In this document: positions 56,963 through 64,000 of the stretch, piece by piece
Layout: each line of letters opens with the position of its first letter
Position numbering within the stretch: the first letter of the stretch is position 1
Source of the DNA: Diplonema japonicum
Taxonomy: Eukaryota; Protista; Euglenozoa: Diplonemea
Direction of reading: 5' to 3'
Length of the DNA stretch: 64,000 nucleotides
Assembly: GCA_964019335.1 (NCBI GenBank)
Contig: OZ025684.1
Coordinates: 310,001 to 374,000, forward strand
Translations under genes and position numbers: made by a program
Notes under the pieces: generated by a model
What the model saw: only the letters and a program-made list of their open reading frames with translations
Database searches by the model: none
What the model was told of the DNA's origin: nothing

Positions 56963-57509
56963 GCCCAGTCTTGGATATAATGCCAGCCATGTTTGCCGCT
57001 GGTGGCTGGTGGTCACGTCATGCTAGAGCATTTTCCTTTGATATGAAGGAAAAAGAAGAAAAAAAAAATTCGATAAGGTTTCAGACCCAGGGGCTGGCGG
57101 TGAGCACCATCTTTTCCGCTGCTTTTGGGTCACGGGCACCACAGCTTTCGGGAGCCGTTCCGTGACGCAATCCCGGGAAGCCTTCCACGAAAAAGAAAGA
57201 AATAGAAAAAAAAGAATAGAGAAAAAAAAAAAAAAAAAAAAACACAGGAGAGAGTCCTGACTACTGTAAACCTCTATTTTTTTTTTTTTTAAAAGATGAT
57301 CCTTCCCCGGGATTATCAATTTTTTTTCTTTTTTTTTTTCATCTTTCCTCAAAGGGGGATCCAATATTTAAAAAAAAAAAAACTTTTTTTACCGTGAGAT
57401 GTTACAGCATTCTTTTTTTTTTTCTTCTTCTTTAAAAAAAAATGAACAAAAGGCAGAGATAAAAAGAACATTTAATACACATTGTCCAAAACGACCTTAG
57501 TTCGTATCA

Positions 57510-58028
57510 TCAAATATGGATACCAAAGTCAGGGAGCAAGACAAGCAGACCAGATGCAATGAAACACGCTTCCCCCATGAGCTGCCCGACTAACTGGGAG
57601 CGAAAGGCACTGAGCGACATGTCTTGGGGGAGTTGCCACTTTTCCCAGTTCCAAGCATTGTGGGTGTACATACCCAACCCTACAACATCTATCACACCGC
57701 CTGCCACGTAGGAGGCGAGGAAGAAGGTTCCGACCATTTTTGTGGTGAAGTTGTACCCGACACCCCATGCTGCAAGGAGCCCAAGGAAGAAGGCACATCC
57801 CTCCACTATACCCGCCCCAGCCGCCATCAGGTACAGGGACTTCTTGATCTTGTCGTCAACGTTGTCGTTGTCCTTCACATCGTCGATGGTCTTCGCCCTC
57901 GGGATGCACACTGCCAGCAGGAAGTACAGGAAGATCCCGAGCAGCAGCACACACGACCGCACCCTGTGCCCCAAGGTCTTCTTCTTGTCTTTGGTGTCAG
58001 TCAGCCGGGCTTCGAGGTCTTTCGCCAT
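57510..58028 (-). CDS. Small four-transmembrane protein, member 3
   Basis: 172 aa ORF with the family motifs. Confidence 0.87.
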   Translation of the reverse strand: MAKDLEARLTDTKDKKKTLGHRVRSCVLLLGIFLYFLLAVCIPRAKTIDDVKDNDNVDDKIKKSLYLMAAGAGIVEGCAFFLGLLAAWGVGYNFTTKMVGTFFLASYVAGGVIDVVGLGMYTHNAWNWEKWQLPQDMSLSAFRSQLVGQLMGEACFIASGLLVLLPDFGIHI

Positions 58029-58626
58029 TTTTCTTTTTTGTTTTTTGTGCGTTCTGGTTTTTGTAAACGGTGAGTTTAAAGATACGACCTTGGGATTTTA
58101 CCCTATATTCAGGTGGAGGGAGCACCCACTAGGAGGACTAGGACTAGGACTAAAGGGGGCGTGGAAGTGTGTTGTGCAGGGGTGCAAATACAAGAAATGC
58201 CATGGTCCACCACCTGGAGATGGGAGAGGTCACGGAGGCCAAGTGAAAGAGATGAGCCCGGGTCCCGATAAGAGGTGCGAGGTAGTCATGATCTAGACCA
58301 CGACTAGGCAACGCAATACGCAATATGTTGCGGCGCACGAAGGCTTGAAAAAAAAAAGAAAAAAAAAAGATTAAATAATAGATAGTAAAAGAAGAAAAAA
58401 AAGAACAAGGAAATCGAAGCTAAGTTAAAGTCGAAGGTGTTAACGTCAGATAATACAAAAGGAAAGAGGAGGGGAAAAGAAGGTGGGCGTTATGAGCCAA
58501 AGGAGGTTTTTGTGAGCACGCCCCGTTGTTCTCAGCACGTACACCGGTGAAATCGAGTAAAATATTTTTGTTTGTTGAAAAAGTTAAAAATGGTGAATTG
58601 AGCGAAGAGTCGAAAAAAGGAAAACT

Positions 58627-58666
<40 letters not shown>

Positions 58667-59766
58667 GCAGTCCTAATTTCTAAATTGAGAAAAAACTCAA
58701 AGTAGGACAAACCCCCTCATGGAGGGCCGCCCTTGAAAAATAAGTGAAAAAATAATGGGGGGGTAGGGGTCTTCTTTTCTCCTGAAACAAAAAAGGGGGT
58801 TGGTCACGTTTTAGAACAACGTGCCACGCCCATAGGCCTAATGGCCGGGGAGGGAGCATTTTTTTCTTTCTTTTTTTCCCGTTCTTTTTTCGAACTACTG
58901 CGAACGCTTTAAAAAAAAAAAAAAAGGAAAAGAAAAAAAAAAACATTTTACCAGAGTTGATCGTCCGCAACTTTGCCTTGCCTTTTTGAGGTGGTAAAAA
59001 AAAAAAAGAAGTAGTTACCGGGTTAACTCGTTTTGCAACGACCAACCGCCTCGTGTGGGGTGTAAGCTTAAAATTATGAGAGAATAAAAAAGGTTTCCCC
59101 CCCCCCCCCCCACATTGCAACATGGTTAACTCATACCGAGGAGCTAGATACATCTAGCGGAAGAAGAAAAGAAAAAAAAAAGAAAATTAAAATTCTTTTG
59201 CCGAAAAGGGAGGAGAAGAAGTAAGTGCAGATGGGAGAAAAAGAAAAAGGAAAAAAAAAAAAAAAAAAAGAGAATACCCCGTTCACTTCACGAAGAAACT
59301 ACCTGGATGTTCCCAGTCAAATAAAAGAACACCGCAAATCAACAGCAGAGCAAAGGAGGGAGTGAATTAAAAGAACTGGGGGGAGAGGGAGAACAAAAAG
59401 AAATTCACTACAAACGGGATACAAAGTGGGTTTTTTTGGAGTCGTTCCCTGCTCATAGTCAACAGCAGAGCAAAGGTGAACTAATAATGAAACTACACGC
59501 TGGCCTTTAGAAAACCAGTAGAGGTTTTCTTTTTTTTTTTTTTTCGTGCAATAAGATCAAGAAAGTGCTTTTCAACCAAAGACAAAAAGAACTCCATTGC
59601 TTAGATAAAAAGAATTAAAATAAAACTCAAAGCTCCCTGAGACGAAAGCGTAGACAAATCTCGCGACTCCTCCAGAGGCACCCTTCAATGGCTCCTACTT
59701 TTCCCGACCAATAATAAAATAAAAACGTGGATCGCAAAAACAAAGAATAGACGAGTCCCGATTCCA

Positions 59767-60288
59767 TCAAATATGTACACCAAAGTCAGGGAGCAAGACA
59801 AGCAGACCAGATGCAATGAAACACGCTTCCCCCATGAGCTGCCCGACTAACTGGGAGCGAAAGGCACTGAGCGACACGCCCTGAGGGAGTTGCCACTCCT
59901 CCCAGTTCCAAGCTTCGCGGGTGTACATACCCAACCCTACAACATCTATCACACCGCCTGCCACGTAGGAGGCGAGGAAGAAGGTTCCGACCATTTTTGT
60001 GGTGAAGTTGTACCCGACACCCCATGCTGCAAGGAGCCCAAGGAAGAAGGCACATCCCTCCACTATACCCGCCCCAGCCGCCATCAGGTACAGGGACTTC
60101 TTGATCTTGTCGTCAACGTTGTCGTTGTCCTTCACATCGTCGATGGTCTTCGCCCTCGGGATGCACACTGCCAGCAGGAAGTACAGGAAGATCCCGAGCA
60201 GCAGCACGCACGACCGCACCCTGTGCCCCAAGGTCTTCTTCTTGTCTTTGGTGTCAGTCAGCCGAGCAGCTTCGAGGTCTTTCGCCAT
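59767..60288 (-). CDS. Small four-transmembrane protein, member 4 (recent duplicate of member 3)
   Basis: 173 aa, nearly identical to 57510-58028. Confidence 0.87.
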   Translation of the reverse strand: MAKDLEAARLTDTKDKKKTLGHRVRSCVLLLGIFLYFLLAVCIPRAKTIDDVKDNDNVDDKIKKSLYLMAAGAGIVEGCAFFLGLLAAWGVGYNFTTKMVGTFFLASYVAGGVIDVVGLGMYTREAWNWEEWQLPQGVSLSAFRSQLVGQLMGEACFIASGLLVLLPDFGVHI

Positions 60289-60516
60289 TTTTCTTTTGTT
60301 GCGTCTGTCATTAATATTTTCGGGGGGGGAGGAAAAAAAAATATACTAAAATCTACTTCAGAACGAATAATAGTGAATTGTTCTTCATTTTTTTAAGAAG
60401 AACAAAAAAAAAAACATAAAGAGATAAGGGAAGGAGAATAGGGGGGGGGGGGGGGGGGGGAACAACTAGAGTTCACGAGAGGCTGTAAGATGGCCTTTGA
60501 GTGATAAAAAGAATTA

Positions 60517-62107
60517 CTGTAAAACAAAAATCACCGGAAGATAAAATGTCCGGAAGCTGGCGGTCCGGATATTTTTTCTTCCGGACATTTTTTTCCTGGG
60601 ACCCCCTTTTTTTTTTAAAGGGCTGGACCCGAAAACAGATGAAACTAGTGTCTGTAGCAAGAGAAAATCAAACGAAAATCAGAGAATTGAATTACGTACT
60701 TTTCCAGATCCTGATTGTTCGCTTCTACCACAAGCTTGTTGAACCGAACCACTGTGCTTGCTTTAGGGTTGTTCTTATGCTTTGCGGGTTTGCGTCATGG
60801 AGCCAATGTCCAGTATATCAGACTGGAAGCACCGCTTTGGTAGCTCCAAGGTCGATCCCCCTGCCGCACCCGTTACTGCGGGTCGCAAGCCTCTTCTGAA
60901 CTAGGAAGAAACAACAAAGCTCTTTGTTTGGATCCAGGTGCAGAACGGAAGGGGGTGCCGGTAGCAGCGTCGGGCATCTGCCTGTATGCAGAGGGCCAAC
61001 CAGCTGTGCCCCAAGCATGGCATCACAAGCCGCCGCCCAACAATAGGGAAGTCTAGCAGCCCCAAAGACACCCAAGCAGCGAGGAGGTTCACAGGGATCA
61101 GGCCGGTTGACCTGGAACATGGACCAGCTGCTGCCACTGGGAAGAAGACGAAAAGGGGTCCCAAGGTTGTCAAGGTTAGGGATTTGGGACAAGCGTGCCG
61201 TCACCGGACAGTTTTGCGTTTCCCTGTCTGGTGGCAAACTGCACCCGCAGTTAATTTACACGGGAAAAACAGAACCAGCTCGCGGCAGGAAATACCCCGG
61301 GTCCGTCCCTCGTGTTGCACACCCCCCAAAAGGCTGGAGTTTAACAGGAAACACTTCGGCTCTGGGTAAAAGATTTGTTTCTCCCCTTTGCTACAACCTC
61401 ATCGAGTCATCGGGCTGAGCACCCACCGAGCCCATCCTACTCATCCTGGATGACTACAATGTCCACACTACGCAGGCTTTTGTGAACTTGTTTTCAGAAA
61501 CAAACGTTCACTTAGCGTTTGTCCCCCAGACTTCACCTATTTGTGCCAGCCCAAGACTTGCTGAGGCCGAGGCCAGGCGCACTGCCAAGACTGCGAAGGC
61601 AGCTGAAATGATTGTAAGTTAAGCAGCAAACAAGACGGCCAGACGTGCGGACAGGTAGCCCTTTCCTCGCCCCTTTTTTAGTTTTATTGGTCGGGAAAAG
61701 TACTCTCCAACCTGCTGGGACGCAGCCATTGAAGGGTGCCTCTCACCTGAAGATATTCCCACTTGCAATATCATTTCAGTCACCTGAAGAGGTCAGCATC
61801 TGGAGGAGTCGCGAGATATATCCTTCCCCTTTTTAGAGCATGCACGCTTTCGTCGGATTTGAATTTTATTTTGCCGTTCTTAAGACTCTTGCACAGAAAT
61901 ATAAGTTTTCCAGACAGAGGGTACAGTGCGTAGGGCAGGCTAGGTACCCCCTTAGAAAAGTGCCCAAAAAAAAAAAAAAAAAAAAGAGACATTTAAGGGT
62001 ACCTGCGGTATGTGGCAGGACGCCTGAAAAAAATGTACGGAAGAAAAAATCACCGGATGTTTCGGCGGTCCGGATATATTATCTTCCGGTGGATTTTTGT
62101 TTTACAG
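60517..62107 (+). mobile_element. pogo/Tc1-mariner-superfamily (DDE_1-type) transposon remnant
   Basis: TA flanks at 60515-16 and 62108-09; TIR CTGTAAAACAAAAATCACCGGAAGATAA / TTATCTTCCGGTGGATTTTTGTTTTACAG. Remnants WNMDQ, DKRAVT...GGKLHPQLIYTGKT, ILLILDDYNVH...VHLAFVP. Confidence 0.8.
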
Positions 62108-62986
62108 TATTTTTCTTTTTTTTTTTTTGTTTCGAGAGAGCGACATAATTCATTGGGAACAAAGGTGAGTTTACACTCATCAAAAAAAAAAAAACTCAAA
62201 GTGCAGGACAAACCCCCTCATGGAGGGCCGCCCTTGGGTGGGTTAGGGGGGGTTATCTTTTTATACTCCCCAAAAAAAAAAGAAATAAACAAATATAGGC
62301 ACTAGACTTAAAATCTGGTGGCTAAGTTTTTCTTTTTCCTCTCTTTTCTTTTTTCTTTCTTTTTTTTTTTTGATATTCTTTTGATAAGCTTTTACAATAG
62401 TACCGCATTTTAATTACTGTGAAGAATGTCGGACATGAAAAATCTTCAGACAAAAACAAGATGGCTCGTAGCAAGTTTCGAAATGTCTAAATACCTTAAA
62501 TAACAGAATAATCTATACTCGAAACTCTGCACTCGATCCGAGTCCATTCTTCAGTGGGTAACACATTCCCCTTGGGAGGGGCTTCACGCAGAGTGGGGTC
62601 AAAAACCGCCATTTTTCTTTTTCTTTTTCTTTTCTAAGTCTAAAATTCTTTCTTTTCATATTTTTCTTCTCCCCCCCTCTGAACACACAGTTTCGCTTTG
62701 CTAAAAAAAAAAAAAAAAAAAAAATGCTATGGCCCTTCTTTCTATTTCGGCTGTGTTGCCTTTACGTGCCTTCCCGTTCTTCCTGCCCACTTTCTCAAGG
62801 TCTTTCTCGACAAGACTCTTTTGTCTGAGAGCGTGGTTCTGGCTCGCCACCGAGGTGCTTGTCACCTTCTTCCCTTTCTCTGTTTCCGATCAGATATGCA
62901 GTAGATCTATATCTTGCACACCACAAGGTCAAGAGCTGTCAAGCATGCCGCCTGGGTTATATATTAATAGCTCGTGTGCACATGTT

Positions 62987-64000
62987 TCACACTTGGTACT
63001 TTAACGGGGCAGCCTTACCGGCGCTACTCAAGCTCTTGCACAGCCACGAAAACACAAAAAGGCCTACGGTGCCTGCTCCTGTGTAGAGGGCGGCCTTTGT
63101 TGCTTCTGGCATCCCACTGTCTTCACTGTTGTTGACAGCTGTCTCTGAGTCGCACGTGATGTGTACTGTTGCATTGACACGGGCGTCCTCTGCCACACCC
63201 ACGATCCCTGCCCGTGTGGTGTTGCACTGTGAGCTTGCCTTGTTAACATACATCACCACCCTTCCTATCCCCTCTGTGTAGTCGCAGTCCCAGCACAGCA
63301 CCGCAAGCCCCGCCCCTTCCATCTCTTCGACTGCCCCCAGACAGTTCCCTCCTGTTTCAATCTGAAACTCCAAGTAGCTACTGCCATTACACACAGGCGT
63401 GACTGGAACAGCTGTCATCGGAGCCACCGAAGTGGGCTCTGCTGTGGGCTCCGCTGTGATAGGGGCTGAACTTGGCTCTGCAGTGGGCCCCGCTGTGAGA
63501 GGTGCTGAAGTGGGCTGTGCTGTGGGCTCCGCTGTTATAGGTGCTGAAGTGGGTTCTGCTGTGGGACCCGCTGTGATAGGTGCCAAAGTGGGTTCTGCAG
63601 TGGGCTCCAATGTGAGAGGTGCCGAGGTGGGTTCCGCAGTGGGCTCCGCTGTGATAGGTGCCAAGGTGGGCTCTGCAGTGGGCCCCGCTGTGAGAGGTGC
63701 CGAAGTGGGTTCTGCTGTGGGCTCCGCTGTGATAGGGGCTGGAGTTGGTTCTGCAGAGGGTCCCGCTGTGAGAGGTGCCGAAGTGGGTTCTGCTGTGGGC
63801 TCCGCTGTGATAGGGGCTGAAGTTGGCTCTGCTGTGGGCTCCGCTGTGAGAGGTGCCGAAGTGGGTTCTGCAGTGGGCCCCGCTGTGATAGGGGCTGAAG
63901 TTGGCTCTGCTGTGAGCCCCGCTGTGATAGGTGCCGAAGTAGGCTCTGCTGTTATAGGGGCTGAAGTGGGTTCTGCAGTGGGCTCCGCTGTGATAGGTGC
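62987..64000 (-). CDS. Mucin-like membrane protein with 13-aa APITAEPTAEPTS repeats (5' end outside the window)
   Basis: Open frame to the window edge; 39-bp tandem repeats at ~63420-64000; Cys-containing juxtamembrane domain; C-terminal hydrophobic segment. Confidence 0.85.
   Translation of the reverse strand, partial: APITAEPTAEPTSAPITAEPTSAPITAGLTAEPTSAPITAGPTAEPTSAPLTAEPTAEPTSAPITAEPTAEPTSAPLTAGPSAEPTPAPITAEPTAEPTSAPLTAGPTAEPTLAPITAEPTAEPTSAPLTLEPTAEPTLAPITAGPTAEPTSAPITAEPTAQPTSAPLTAGPTAEPSSAPITAEPTAEPTSVAPMTAVPVTPVCNGSSYLEFQIETGGNCLGAVEEMEGAGLAVLCWDCDYTEGIGRVVMYVNKASSQCNTTRAGIVGVAEDARVNATVHITCDSETAVNNSEDSGMPEATKAALYTGAGTVGLFVFSWLCKSLSSAGKAAPLKYQV

Noticed and set aside
59630-59665. CTGAGACGAAA as a hammerhead ribozyme core
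   Set aside because: Lacks the CUGANGA spacing, stem II and flanking stems.
63420-64000. Regular 39-bp repeats as a CRISPR array or satellite
   Set aside because: No unique spacers; the repeats are in-frame coding repeats of a mucin-like protein.

Overview
Eukaryotic, gene-sparse window. GC-balanced coding islands lie in intergenic DNA saturated with poly(A)/(T)/(G)/(C) tracts. All 16 recognisable host genes are on the minus strand and almost intron-free, which suggests a euglenozoan (diplomenid-like) polycistronic unit; this is an inference. Host genes: a tandem trio of TM-dCache-TM-HAMP class III cyclase-like receptors with a constant/variable mosaic structure and degenerate catalytic motifs, where only copy 3 has two 30-35 nt GT-AG introns; three small C/H zinc-finger proteins, two of them identical; a PtpB/IphP-type phosphatase; a tandem SpoVS (Alba-fold) protein; a Q-rich zinc-ribbon-TPR-FYVE gene and a TPR-less paralogue with a nonsense mutation; four small 4-TM proteins; a chromodomain-PARP-like ADP-ribosyltransferase fusion; and a mucin-like surface protein running off the window. 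Mobile DNA: two internally deleted piggyBac elements (TTAA TSDs, both 1796 bp), a pogo-like element (TA TSD), several 3' fragments of a zinc-knuckle LINE (one fused to a tRNA-like head), a foldback hairpin, and several short interspersed repeat families that are nearly all co-oriented. No rRNA, CRISPR or spliced-leader gene was seen.
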